Shown: positions 44,719-53,988, counted from the first letter of the stretch. The stretch is DNA of 64,000 bases from Halarcobacter sp. (GCA_048571215.1 CP182352.1:3540373-3604372), one strand, 5' to 3'. Numbers and translations: made by a program. The notes: a model not told the origin generated them from the letters alone.

Positions 44719-46056
44719 ATGAAAAAATTAATTTTTATAACTTTTACATCTTTATTATTATTAACTGGATGTGCTCAAAAGAGTGAAGTTACTAATAGTG
44801 GAAATAGTGAAGTAAAAAAAGAGCAGATGAAATCAATGCAGAGTGATGGTGATTTTATCAATGAGTTAGCATTGCATGATGCAGTTAGAGCAAAAGACTT
44901 TGATATAGTAAAAGATTTAGTTAACAATGGTATGCAGGTTGATACGAAAGATAAATATGGATATACACCTTTACATTTAGCTGCAAGATTAAATCAATAT
45001 GATATTGCAGAGTTTTTAATAAATAAAGGTGCAAATGTCAATAACGTAGACGTTTTTAAAGATACGCCACTTTTAGATTCCACTAGAAATGGTACAAATG
45101 AAATGTCAAGATTGCTTTTATGTAATGGTGCATCTCCTGATGTATATGATAGACATGATATGAAACCTATACATAATGCATCTAAGAATAATGATTTGTA
45201 TATTGTTGAAATGATTGAAAGTGATGATATTACTAAAATGTGTGAAAAATTAGATATCACTTTAGATGAATATATTGAAGATACCAATCAAATTTGTGGA
45301 AAAATTGTAAAAGGTTATGCGACAGATATTGATTTAGCTATTACCGATGAATCAAGTGATTCAGTAAAACCTTTTGGAAAATACAAAGCTGAATTTGATA
45401 GTGAAAAATATTGTGCTACTTTAGATAAAAAGCCAGATTTAACAAAAAGTTATATTGTTACAGCAGTTGGTTCAAACTCAATTGATAAAGATATAGAGAT
45501 CGCAAATTTAGGTGACTTAGTTAAAAAAGAAGAACCAGTAAAATCTCCTTATATTTCAGGATTATATGAAGATTTAATGGCAGAATTTGGTCCTGATTTT
45601 GAACCATGGAATGCTCAGTTAGACAAAGATGGTTTGGTATTTAGATTTAAGAAACCAGAATTATTGTTTAGTCATGGTAGTTCAAATATTAAAAATAGTT
45701 ACAAAAAGATTTTAGATGACTTTTTCCCAAGATATTTGAAGGTAATAGAAAAGTATAAAGATCAAATTAAAGATATCATAGTGGAAGGGCATACATCATC
45801 AGTATATGCAAGTGCAAAAACTCAAGCAGAAAAATATGCAAAAAATAAAATTTTATCTGAAAAAAGAGCAAAAAAAGTTTATGATTATACTTTATCTCAA
45901 GAAGGACCAATGACAAGTGAAAATAAAGACTGGTTATCTTCTCATTATAGTTATGAAGGTTTATCTTCAGATAATTTGATTTATGATGCTAATGGTAAGG
46001 AAGATGAAGCTTTATCTAGAAGAGTTGAATTTAGGATAAATAAAATTGTAGAGTAA
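44719..46056 (+). CDS. Lipoprotein with ankyrin repeats and OmpA/MotB-like C-terminal domain (paralog of 11103..12434)
   Basis: Start moved to Met8 (AAGGAAATAAC-ATG), giving MKKLIFITFTSLLLLTGC with a canonical lipobox. ANK repeats GYTPLHLAARLNQYDIAEFLINKGANVN. EGHTSS...LSEKRAKKV...LSRRVEFRI. Confidence 0.75.
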   Translation: MKKLIFITFTSLLLLTGCAQKSEVTNSGNSEVKKEQMKSMQSDGDFINELALHDAVRAKDFDIVKDLVNNGMQVDTKDKYGYTPLHLAARLNQYDIAEFLINKGANVNNVDVFKDTPLLDSTRNGTNEMSRLLLCNGASPDVYDRHDMKPIHNASKNNDLYIVEMIESDDITKMCEKLDITLDEYIEDTNQICGKIVKGYATDIDLAITDESSDSVKPFGKYKAEFDSEKYCATLDKKPDLTKSYIVTAVGSNSIDKDIEIANLGDLVKKEEPVKSPYISGLYEDLMAEFGPDFEPWNAQLDKDGLVFRFKKPELLFSHGSSNIKNSYKKILDDFFPRYLKVIEKYKDQIKDIIVEGHTSSVYASAKTQAEKYAKNKILSEKRAKKVYDYTLSQEGPMTSENKDWLSSHYSYEGLSSDNLIYDANGKEDEALSRRVEFRINKIVE

Positions 46057-46068
46057 TAAGGCTAAATT

Positions 46069-46824
46069 ATGAAAAATATATTAACATTTGTAGCAATTGT
46101 ATTGCTGTGTGCTGGGTGTAGTTATAAAAATGATGCAACTACTGTATCAGTGGCTAAAAAAGAAGGACTTATAAATAGAAATGGTGAGATTGAAGTTAAA
46201 CCCATCTATAAAGATATGAGTTATCTAAAAGATTTTGATTCAAATGAGTATGAACATCCTCATTATATTAATTTACATTGGCTACATTTTGGAGATGATG
46301 AGTTTGCAGTAGTAAGAAATGTAGATGATAAGTATGGGATTATTGGAAGAGATGGAAAATTAAAATTGAAGGCAATCTTTGATTCAATTGGAGAGTTCTT
46401 TAATGGCTATGCAAAAATTGAAGTTGATAAAAAGTTTGGACTTATTAATGAAAAATTTGAAATAGTTGTTAAACCAATTTATGACGATGTCAGAAATGTC
46501 ATAGATGGAAGTGTTATTGTAAAAAATTATGATAAAAATAAAAGAACAAAATATGGGTGTTTAAACTTAGATAATAAGTTAGTTGCTCCACTTGATTATG
46601 ATATGATTTACTTATCAAATGAAAAAAGAATGAGAATTGTAAAAGATGGTAAATGGGGTTTTATGGATACAAAATGTAATGTTGTTGTAGACCCTATCTA
46701 TACTTTTGCAGATGATTATTCAAAAGGGATTGCAAGAGTAAAAAAATCTGAGTTATGGACTTACCTTAACCTTGATGGTAAGGAATTGACCCGTAAAACT
46801 TTCGACTCTGCTGATAATTTTTAA
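46069..46824 (+). CDS. WG/KWG-repeat lipoprotein
   Basis: Signal peptide with Cys (LLCAGC). Repeated units such as KYGIIGRDGKLKLKAIFDSIGEFFNGYAKI and KFGLINEKFEIVVKPIYDD. Confidence 0.65.
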   Translation: MKNILTFVAIVLLCAGCSYKNDATTVSVAKKEGLINRNGEIEVKPIYKDMSYLKDFDSNEYEHPHYINLHWLHFGDDEFAVVRNVDDKYGIIGRDGKLKLKAIFDSIGEFFNGYAKIEVDKKFGLINEKFEIVVKPIYDDVRNVIDGSVIVKNYDKNKRTKYGCLNLDNKLVAPLDYDMIYLSNEKRMRIVKDGKWGFMDTKCNVVVDPIYTFADDYSKGIARVKKSELWTYLNLDGKELTRKTFDSADNF

Positions 46825-46830
46825 TTAAAT

Positions 46831-46860
46831 ATAACAGAAACTATTATAAGTTTCTGTTAT
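46831..46860 (+). terminator. Hairpin terminator closing the accessory locus
   Basis: ATAACAGAAAC-TATTATAA-GTTTCTGTTAT (11-bp perfect stem), with a T-run about 15 nt further on. Confidence 0.55.
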
Positions 46861-46942
46861 AAATTTAATTCATTTTTTTTTTATTAAACTTTAGATATAA
46901 TCGCTCAAAATTAAAATAAAACTTCTTAAAATTAGGATAATT

Positions 46943-48853
46943 ATGTCAAAACAACTACTTCAGAAACAAGCAGATACGATTAGATTTTTAGCTGCGGATA
47001 TGGTACAAAAAGCAAACTCTGGACACCCAGGTGCACCTATGGGAATGGCAGATATTGCTACAGTATTAAGTTCACACTTAAATTTAAATCCAGCAAATGA
47101 TAAATGGCTAAACAGAGATAGATTAGTATTCTCAGGTGGTCATGCTACTGGTTTAGTATATTCTTTATTACATCTTTGGGGATTTGATGTAAGTTTAAGT
47201 GATATGAGAAATTTTAGACAACTTAATTCTAAAACACCTGGACATCCAGAATATGGTCATACTCATGGAGTAGAGATAACAACTGGTCCCTTGGGACAAG
47301 GTATTGCAAACTCAGTTGGTTTTGCGATGGCTTCAAAGTATGCAAAAAATATTTTAGGAAAAGATGTAATTACTCACAATGTGTATTGCCTTTGTGGTGA
47401 TGGAGATTTACAAGAGGGTATTTCATATGAAGCTTGTGCAACAGCAGGGCATCTTGGTTTAGATAACTTAATTGTAATTTATGATTCAAATAATATTACG
47501 ATTGAAGGTGATGCTTCAATTGCGTGGAGTGAAAATGTTAAAAAAAGATTCCAAGCAATTAATTTTGAAGTTTTAGAAATAGATGGACATAATTTTGATC
47601 AAATTGATAAAGCAATTATCAGTGCAAAATCTTGTGATAAACCTGTTCTTATTATTGCAAATACTGCAATTGGAAAGGGTGCAGCTACTTTAGAGGGATC
47701 TCATCATACTCATGGGGCTCCTTTAGGTGAAGATGAGATTAGAGCATCTAAAGAAAAAGCTGGGTTTAATCCTGATGAGACATTTGTAGTTCCTTATGAT
47801 ATAAAAGGTGCTTTTGATAAACTTATAAAAGGTGTTGAAGCTGAAAATGCTTGGCTTGCTACATTAAGTGATGAAACAAAAGCAAAAATTGAAGAGTTAC
47901 AAAATCCAGATTATGATTCTATCTCTTATCCAGAATTTGAAGTTGGAGCAAAGGTAGCTACGAGAGAATCAAATCATAAAATATTAAATGCTATTGCACA
48001 AGCTGTTCCAGGATTTTTAGGTGGTAGTGCAGATTTAGCACCTTCAAATAAAACTGAATTAAAAGGGATGGGTGATTTTCCAAATGGAAGAAATATCCAT
48101 TTTGGTATTAAAGAACACGCAATGGCAGCAATGACAAATGCAATGAATCTTTATGGTTTATTTAAAGTATTTTCAGCAACATTTTTTGTATTTTCAGATT
48201 ATTTAAAACCAAGTGCAAGAATAGCAGCACTTGCAGGTATTCCACAACACTTTGTATGGACACATGATTCTATTGGTGTTGGAGAAGATGGACCAACTCA
48301 CCAACCAATTGAACATTTATCTCAATTTAGAGCCTTACCAAACTTTTATACTTTTAGACCTGCTGATGCAAGTGAAAATATTGAGTCTTGGAAAATTGCC
48401 CTTACAATGAAAGCTCCTACTGCTTTTGTATGTTCAAGACAAGGCTTAGAGGTATTAAAAGATGAAAGAGAGTTTGGAACAGTTTCTCATGGTGGATATC
48501 TTTTGAAAAAAAGAGAAAATGCAACTATAACACTTATGGCAAGTGGTAGTGAAGTGATGCTTGCACTTCAAACAGCATGTGAATTAGCAAAAGAGGGGAT
48601 CAATGCAAATATTGTTTCTGTACCTTGTTTTGATTTACTTGTTGAACAAGATAAAGAGTATATTGATACAATTATTGACCCAAATACAAAAGTGTTTGCA
48701 ATTGAAGCAGCAAGAGGAATGGAATATTATAAATTTGCGGATGAAGTTTATGGTATGGATACCTTTGGAGCTTCTGGACCAGCTGGTGATTTATTTAAAG
48801 AGTTTGGTTTTACTACTGAGGCTTTAGTAGAAAAAATCAAAAGAGATATATAA
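46943..48853 (+). CDS. tkt: Transketolase
   Basis: 636 aa. SGHPGAPMGMA, GDGDLQEGISYEA, DSIGVGEDGPTHQPIE. Full-length Tkt pattern. Confidence 0.95.
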   Translation: MSKQLLQKQADTIRFLAADMVQKANSGHPGAPMGMADIATVLSSHLNLNPANDKWLNRDRLVFSGGHATGLVYSLLHLWGFDVSLSDMRNFRQLNSKTPGHPEYGHTHGVEITTGPLGQGIANSVGFAMASKYAKNILGKDVITHNVYCLCGDGDLQEGISYEACATAGHLGLDNLIVIYDSNNITIEGDASIAWSENVKKRFQAINFEVLEIDGHNFDQIDKAIISAKSCDKPVLIIANTAIGKGAATLEGSHHTHGAPLGEDEIRASKEKAGFNPDETFVVPYDIKGAFDKLIKGVEAENAWLATLSDETKAKIEELQNPDYDSISYPEFEVGAKVATRESNHKILNAIAQAVPGFLGGSADLAPSNKTELKGMGDFPNGRNIHFGIKEHAMAAMTNAMNLYGLFKVFSATFFVFSDYLKPSARIAALAGIPQHFVWTHDSIGVGEDGPTHQPIEHLSQFRALPNFYTFRPADASENIESWKIALTMKAPTAFVCSRQGLEVLKDEREFGTVSHGGYLLKKRENATITLMASGSEVMLALQTACELAKEGINANIVSVPCFDLLVEQDKEYIDTIIDPNTKVFAIEAARGMEYYKFADEVYGMDTFGASGPAGDLFKEFGFTTEALVEKIKRDI

Positions 48854-48877
48854 AGTTAGAGTTTAATCTCTAACTTT
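48852..48877 (+). terminator. Hairpin overlapping the tkt stop codon
   Basis: AAAGTTAGAG-TTTAAT-CTCTAACTTT (10-bp stem), with no strong U-tract. Confidence 0.4.
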
Positions 48878-49036
48878 AGTCCTCAAACAAAACTTATTTG
48901 GTTTTTCTCTTCATATACTTAATTGATTTATCTTTATTCATTTTTAAACTATCATTTATCTTAGCCATTTTTAACCTTGAAATAATATAGCTAGTTTTTT
49001 ATACTATTTTGTAAATATGATAATATTATAGTTTAA

Positions 49037-49079
49037 TATATCAAGATATATTGATATATTAAAAATTTTATGATATACT
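49037..49079 (+). promoter_or_regulatory. Putative ArsR operator overlapping the arsR promoter
   Basis: TATATCAA-GATATA-TTGATATA inverted repeat (49037-49058). Its right arm contains TTGATA (-35), and 17 nt later comes the extended -10 TGATATACT (49071-49079). Confidence 0.5.
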
Positions 49080-49104
49080 TTCAAAACAAAATAAAAGGCT
49101 TGTC

Positions 49105-49413
49105 ATGGAAATTTTTTTAAAGTCTGTTTCTGCATTAAATGATGAAACAAGAGTTAAACTCATAAAATTTATAAATATTCATGGTAAATGTTGTGTATGT
49201 GATTTAGAAAACTCTTTTGATATGATTCAATCGAGATTATCAAGACATCTAAAGATACTTAAAGAAGCTGGCTTTCTAAGAGTTGAAAGATTAGGTAGAT
49301 GGGCTTATTATTCTATAAGAACTCCTTTAGATGAATTTAGACAAGCTTCAATAAAAGAGATTATGACTTTAGAAATAGAGTTACCAAAATTAGTAAAGGC
49401 TTGTGAGAATTAA
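49105..49413 (+). CDS. arsR: ArsR/SmtB-family metalloregulator
   Basis: 102 aa. Metal-site-like CCVCDL, HTH region SRLSRHLKILKEAGFL. Heads an ars gene set. Confidence 0.85.
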   Translation: MEIFLKSVSALNDETRVKLIKFINIHGKCCVCDLENSFDMIQSRLSRHLKILKEAGFLRVERLGRWAYYSIRTPLDEFRQASIKEIMTLEIELPKLVKACEN

Positions 49414-49766
49414 TGACTGAAACGCTATTTGTATATGGAACTTTGATGCCAAACTGTCCAAATGGACATGTTTTAGAAAAAATTGTAGGTAGATTTGTAA
49501 GAGCAACAGTTAAAGGAAAACTTGTGGATGCAGGTTGGAGTGCTGGTATGGGTTATCCTGGAATAAAACTTGATGAGCAAGTTGATACGGTTCATGGATA
49601 TTTGTTTTATTCAAGTAATCTGATAAACCATTGGGATTTTTTAGATGAGTTTGAAGGAGAAGAGTTCGTAAGAACACCTGTTAGGGTAGAAAGATATGAT
49701 GAATTGGATGTTGATACTTATATATATACTTTAAAACCTGAAGTGGAAGAGATGTTGGAAGAGTAA
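49413..49766 (+). CDS. Gamma-glutamylcyclotransferase-like (AIG2/GGACT fold) protein
   Basis: LFVYGTLMP N-terminal signature, 117 aa. Start overlaps the arsR stop (TAATG). Confidence 0.55.
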   Translation: MTETLFVYGTLMPNCPNGHVLEKIVGRFVRATVKGKLVDAGWSAGMGYPGIKLDEQVDTVHGYLFYSSNLINHWDFLDEFEGEEFVRTPVRVERYDELDVDTYIYTLKPEVEEMLEE

Positions 49767-49786
49767 GTAAAATTACTCTTTTTTTT
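49759..49786 (+). terminator. Hairpin + T6 spanning the stop codon of the GGCT-like gene
   Basis: AAGAGTAA-GTAAAA-TTACTCTT followed by TTTTTT. Confidence 0.5.
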
Positions 49787-49795
49787 AAATTTTAT

Positions 49796-49817
49796 TATAT
49801 CAATATATCTTGATGTA
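49796..49817 (+). promoter_or_regulatory. Second copy of the ars operator, inverted, upstream of arsB
   Basis: TATATCAATATATCTTGATGTA is the reverse complement of the 49037-49058 site with one mismatch. It lies 19 nt before the arsB ATG. Confidence 0.5.
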
Positions 49818-49835
49818 TTGATAAAAAGGAATGGG

Positions 49836-51089
49836 ATGTTTTTAGCTAGTGGAATATTTATACTTACACTAATTTTTGTGATTTGGCAACCAAAAAATTT
49901 GCAAATAGGAACTACAGCAGTTATTGGTGCGATAGTTGCTTTAGTTTTAGGGGTTGTAAGTTTTGATGATGTATTAATAGTTACTAATATAGTTTGGGAT
50001 GCAACTTTGGCATTCATTGGTATTATAATTTTATCTATGGTTTTAGATGAGATTGGATTTTTTGAGTGGTGTGCTATAAAAATGGCTAAGCTTTCGAATG
50101 GTAATGGGCATTTAATGTTTGTATATGCTCTTATTTTAGGTTCTTTTGTCTCAGCACTATTTGCAAATGATGGAGCTGCACTTATTTTAACACCAATTTT
50201 ATTGGCAAAAATGAGGATTTTGAAACTAAATACAAAAACTATTTTAGCGTTTTTATTAGCAGGAGGATTTATAAGTGATAGTGCTTCATTGCCTTTTGTA
50301 TTTTCAAATCTAACAAATATAGTTACAGCAAACTACTTTGAGATAGGTTTTTTACAATATCTATCAAATATGTTTATTCCATATATAGTAAGTACTATAG
50401 TTTCTATTTTAGTCTTATGGTTAATTCTTAAAAATGATATTCCAAAAGAGATTGATATAAGTTTACTTAAAAATCCAGATGAAGTGTTAAAAAATAAAAC
50501 CTTATTTAAATTTTCTTGGTTTTTTCTTGTTTTACTTTTATTTGCATATTTTATTGGGGATGCTTTTAATTTACCCATATCAATTTTTGCTTTAGGTGGG
50601 GGACTTATTTTTCTAGGAATTGCAAGTTATTATAAAAGTGCAAAGGCATGGCTTACTATTAAAACTGCACCTTGGCAAGTTGTTTGGTTTAGTATAGGGC
50701 TTTATATTGTTGTTTATGGGCTAAAAAATGCTGGATTAACTGATTATTTAACAATGATTTTAAATGATTTAGTACAAAGGGGTGATGCTATTGCCATAAT
50801 AGGTACGGGGTTTATATCTGCTTTTTTAAGTGCGATTATGAATAATATGCCAACAGTTATGGTAATGGATATAGCTTTAAAGGATATCCCAAATGAAGCC
50901 TTAGCTTATGCAAATATTATTGGATGTAATTTAGGTCCCAAAATGACACCATTTGGTAGTCTTGCAACCTTACTTTGGCTTCATGTATTAAGTAAAAAAG
51001 GTGTTAAAATAGGATTTTGGCAATACAGTAAATTTGGACTAATGGTAACTCCTCCAGTATTATTAGTAGTATTATTAACATTAATTTAA
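49836..51089 (+). CDS. arsB: Arsenite efflux permease (ArsB/NhaD family)
   Basis: About 11-12 TM helices and ArsB-like sequence throughout. Start moved from the listed TTG (49818) to ATG 49836, which follows AAAGGAA. Confidence 0.8.
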   Translation: MFLASGIFILTLIFVIWQPKNLQIGTTAVIGAIVALVLGVVSFDDVLIVTNIVWDATLAFIGIIILSMVLDEIGFFEWCAIKMAKLSNGNGHLMFVYALILGSFVSALFANDGAALILTPILLAKMRILKLNTKTILAFLLAGGFISDSASLPFVFSNLTNIVTANYFEIGFLQYLSNMFIPYIVSTIVSILVLWLILKNDIPKEIDISLLKNPDEVLKNKTLFKFSWFFLVLLLFAYFIGDAFNLPISIFALGGGLIFLGIASYYKSAKAWLTIKTAPWQVVWFSIGLYIVVYGLKNAGLTDYLTMILNDLVQRGDAIAIIGTGFISAFLSAIMNNMPTVMVMDIALKDIPNEALAYANIIGCNLGPKMTPFGSLATLLWLHVLSKKGVKIGFWQYSKFGLMVTPPVLLVVLLTLI

Positions 51090-51100
51090 AAGGGAAAAAA

Positions 51101-51505
51101 ATGGATAAGAAAGTTTTGATTTTATGTACAGGGAACTCATGTAGAAGTATTATTGCTGAAGCTCAAATTAATGCTTTATTAGATGGAGTAAGTAGTGATA
51201 GTAGTGGAGTAAAAGCTAGTGGAAGAGTAAATCCAAATGCTAAAAAGCTATTAGAACAAAAGGGTATCTGGAAAGAGGAGTATCATTCAAAAACTATTGA
51301 TAAGGTTATAAACAAAGAATATGATTTAGTAGTAACAGTTTGTGACAATGCAAATGAGACTTGCCCAATGTTTCCAAAAGCAATTAAAGTTATTCATGTG
51401 GGATTTGAAGATCCAGATGGTAAAGGGTATGAAGCATTTGAACAAACTTATAAAGAGATTGAAGAGATTTTATTACCAAAGGTAAAAGAGGCTTTAAATG
51501 TTTAG
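51101..51505 (+). CDS. arsC: Arsenate reductase, LMW-PTPase/thioredoxin-coupled type
   Basis: CTGNSCRS P-loop plus downstream Cys pair (TVCDNANETCP). Confidence 0.9.
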   Translation: MDKKVLILCTGNSCRSIIAEAQINALLDGVSSDSSGVKASGRVNPNAKKLLEQKGIWKEEYHSKTIDKVINKEYDLVVTVCDNANETCPMFPKAIKVIHVGFEDPDGKGYEAFEQTYKEIEEILLPKVKEALNV

Positions 51506-52457
51506 TTATTGGGAAAAGCTTGTTGATTATTTTATTTATACATTAATTGGATTAGATAAGAGTACTCATTTTGCACAAGCCTTCCATTTTTTTATTTTTG
51601 ATACAGTTAAAATATTTATTTTACTTATTGGAATAATATTCCTTGTATCATATTTAAGAACCTGGTTTAATGTGGAAAAGGTAAGAGCATATTTACAAGG
51701 AAAATCTGAATTTACAGGAAATGTTTTTGCAAGTATATTTGGAATAATCACTCCTTTTTGTACTTGTAGTGCAATTCCTCTTTTTTTAGGATTTTTACAA
51801 GCAAGAATCCCTTTAGGTGTAACTTTTTCATTTTTAATATCAGCTCCTTTAAATAATGAAATAGCAATAGCAATGTTGTTTTCTTTATTTGGTTGGAAAA
51901 TTACTGCTATATATATTGGGTTTGGTTTACTTGTTGCCATAGTTGGTGGATATATAATTGGTAAATTAAAAATGGAAAAATATATTTTACTTGATATACA
52001 ACCAATGGAAGGATGTTGCAAAAATCCTACAATAGATTTGGATAATAAAACAAGAATAAAAGATGCTTGGGTATACACTATGGATATATTTAAAAAAATA
52101 TATTTATATGTGATCATTGGTGTTAGTGTTGGAGCATTTATTCATGGGTATATTCCTACAGATTTTATTGCAAAATATACAGGTGGAGATGCTTGGTATA
52201 CTGTTCCTTTATCTGTGATTTTAGGAATACCAATGTATGCAAGTGCAGCAGGAGTTATGCCATTAGTTGAAGTGTTAACTTCAAAAGGGATGTTGTTAGG
52301 GAGTGCACTTTCTTTTATGATGGCAGTTACAGCTTTATCTTTACCAGAGGCTATGATTTTAAAAAGATTATTACATACAAAACTTATTGTTACATTTTTT
52401 GCAATAATAGGAATAGGAATTATAATAATTGGATATATATTTAATGCAATTTTATAA
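51498..52457 (+). CDS. arsP: ArsP-type permease (PF03773-like; putative organoarsenical efflux)
   Basis: 8-10 TM helices, conserved TPFCTCSAIP motif. 8-nt overlap with arsC. Confidence 0.7.
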   Translation: MFSYWEKLVDYFIYTLIGLDKSTHFAQAFHFFIFDTVKIFILLIGIIFLVSYLRTWFNVEKVRAYLQGKSEFTGNVFASIFGIITPFCTCSAIPLFLGFLQARIPLGVTFSFLISAPLNNEIAIAMLFSLFGWKITAIYIGFGLLVAIVGGYIIGKLKMEKYILLDIQPMEGCCKNPTIDLDNKTRIKDAWVYTMDIFKKIYLYVIIGVSVGAFIHGYIPTDFIAKYTGGDAWYTVPLSVILGIPMYASAAGVMPLVEVLTSKGMLLGSALSFMMAVTALSLPEAMILKRLLHTKLIVTFFAIIGIGIIIIGYIFNAIL

Positions 52458-52591
52458 GAAGAATGAGCAAATTGAGAATTTGAAAATAAAAAAGATTGAA
52501 TCAAGACAAAGTATATAGTTTAAGAAACTACCCTTACTTACCTAAAGTAAAGTATTGAGATGTTACAATTCTCAAAAACTAAGGTGTATAT

Positions 52592-53467
52592 GTGAGTGAG
52601 AAAAATCTAGGTTTAATTTATGCTTTATGTGCTTTTTTCTTTTGGGGTTTAGTTCCTATTTATTACAAACAAGTAATGATGGTACCTCCTTTTGAGATTT
52701 TAGCTTCAAGGATTGTTTTTTCTGTAATAGTCCTATTATTTTTGCTTACGGTTAGTAAACAGTTTAATACAATTAAGCCGATAATAAAAAGTTTAAGTAA
52801 GATGAGATATTTAGTTATGGCATCTTTACTTATTTCTTTAAATTGGTTTACTTTTATATATGCTATATCAGTAAATAAAATTGTGGAAGCAAGTTTGGGA
52901 TATTTTATTACTCCATTAGTTAGTGTTGCATTGGGTTATTTTATATTTAAAGAGAGTATTAATAAAATCCAAAAAGTAGCTATTTTATTAGCTTTTATTG
53001 CCATTGTTTACCAACTTATGACAATAGGAAGTATTCCTATAATTGCACTAAGTTTAGCATTTTCATTTGGTTTTTATGGAATGGTTCGAAAAAAAGTACA
53101 AATAGCTTCAATACCTGGACTTTTTATTGAGACAATAATTGTATTACCCATTGCACTATTTTATTTATATTTTATATATGATAATTCAACAAGCGTATTT
53201 AATACTTTAAGCTCTTATGATTTTACAATATTGAGTTTAAGTGGATTAGTGACTGTATTACCTCTATTATGGTTTAATAGTGCAGCAATTAGAATGGATC
53301 TTACCACTTTAGGCTTTTTGCAATATATTGGTCCCACAGTGGCATTTTTAGTAGCAATTTTTATTTATGGTGAGAATCTAAATATAAATAAATTGATTAC
53401 ATTTATTATAATTTGGATAGCTTTGGCAATTTTTTCATTTGATATTATTAAAAGAAGAAGAAATTAG
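52592..53467 (+). CDS. rarD: EamA/RarD-family transporter
   Basis: GTG start, 10 TM helices. N-terminus LIYALCAFFFWGLVPIYYK...EILASRIVFS is typical of RarD. Confidence 0.7.
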   Translation: MSEKNLGLIYALCAFFFWGLVPIYYKQVMMVPPFEILASRIVFSVIVLLFLLTVSKQFNTIKPIIKSLSKMRYLVMASLLISLNWFTFIYAISVNKIVEASLGYFITPLVSVALGYFIFKESINKIQKVAILLAFIAIVYQLMTIGSIPIIALSLAFSFGFYGMVRKKVQIASIPGLFIETIIVLPIALFYLYFIYDNSTSVFNTLSSYDFTILSLSGLVTVLPLLWFNSAAIRMDLTTLGFLQYIGPTVAFLVAIFIYGENLNINKLITFIIIWIALAIFSFDIIKRRRN

Positions 53468-53647
53468 TCTTCTAGTTTTATCTAAAAAGTAAAATTGTAT
53501 TTTTTATAGTTTAACTATAATCAATGTATAATTTAGGAAACTCTTAAAAAGGATAGTTCCTGATTACAGAAGCTAAAGAGTATTTTGTGGTATTTAGAAA
53601 AACTTTTACAAAAGAAAAATAACGATTAATTTATCTTAAGGAATAAA

Positions 53648-53875
53648 ATGAAAATAGAGATTTTAGGAACAGGTTGTTCAAAATGTGAAACTTTAGCAAA
53701 TAATGCAAAAACTGCAGTTGCAAATGCAAAGGTTTTTGCCCAAGTTGAAAAAGTAGAAGATATGGTAAAAATCATGGAATATGGTGTGATGAGTACACCT
53801 GGACTTGTTATCAATGGGGAAGTAAAATCAGTAGGAAAAGTTTTAACAGCTCAAGAGATTCAAGAACTATTTTAA
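53648..53875 (+). CDS. Small thioredoxin-fold protein (redox-active disulfide protein 2 type)
   Basis: 75 aa. MKIEILGTGCSKCETL with a CxxC motif, and VMSTPGLVINGE. Confidence 0.8.
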   Translation: MKIEILGTGCSKCETLANNAKTAVANAKVFAQVEKVEDMVKIMEYGVMSTPGLVINGEVKSVGKVLTAQEIQELF

Positions 53876-53896
53876 TTACAAATTAGTTACAAACTA

Positions 53897-53977
53897 AAAA
53901 GTAAAGAGTTGTACTCTTGACTTTTTTATTTATTTTCTCTATAATTTCAAAAGTAAAGAGTTAAACTCTTTACTTTT
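53897..53977 (+). promoter_or_regulatory. Consensus promoter flanked by two related palindromes upstream of the MerR-like gene
   Basis: Palindrome 1 at 53897-53925 (AAAAGTAAAGAGT-TGT-ACTCTTGACTTTT, 12/13). TTGACT at 53917-53922, 17-nt spacer, TATAAT at 53940-53945. Palindrome 2 at 53949-53977 (AAAAGTAAAGAGTT-A-AACTCTTTACTTTT, perfect 14+1+14). Confidence 0.6.
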
Positions 53978-53988
53978 AGGAGTGAATT

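Noticed and set aside
8417-46860. tRNA-adjacent genomic island or mobile element.
   Set aside because: The accessory locus lies about 2.3 kb from a tRNA cluster. However, I saw no integrase, transposase or conjugation genes, and no copy of a tRNA 3' end near 46.8 kb. Only 'accessory locus' can be supported, not mobility.
48894-48968. 24-codon minus-strand ORF (MAKINDSLKMNKDKSIKYMKRKTK) with an AAGG upstream, in the tkt-arsR intergenic region.
   Set aside because: It is too short to support from sequence alone, and nothing within the window allows a conservation check. Recorded only as a possibility.
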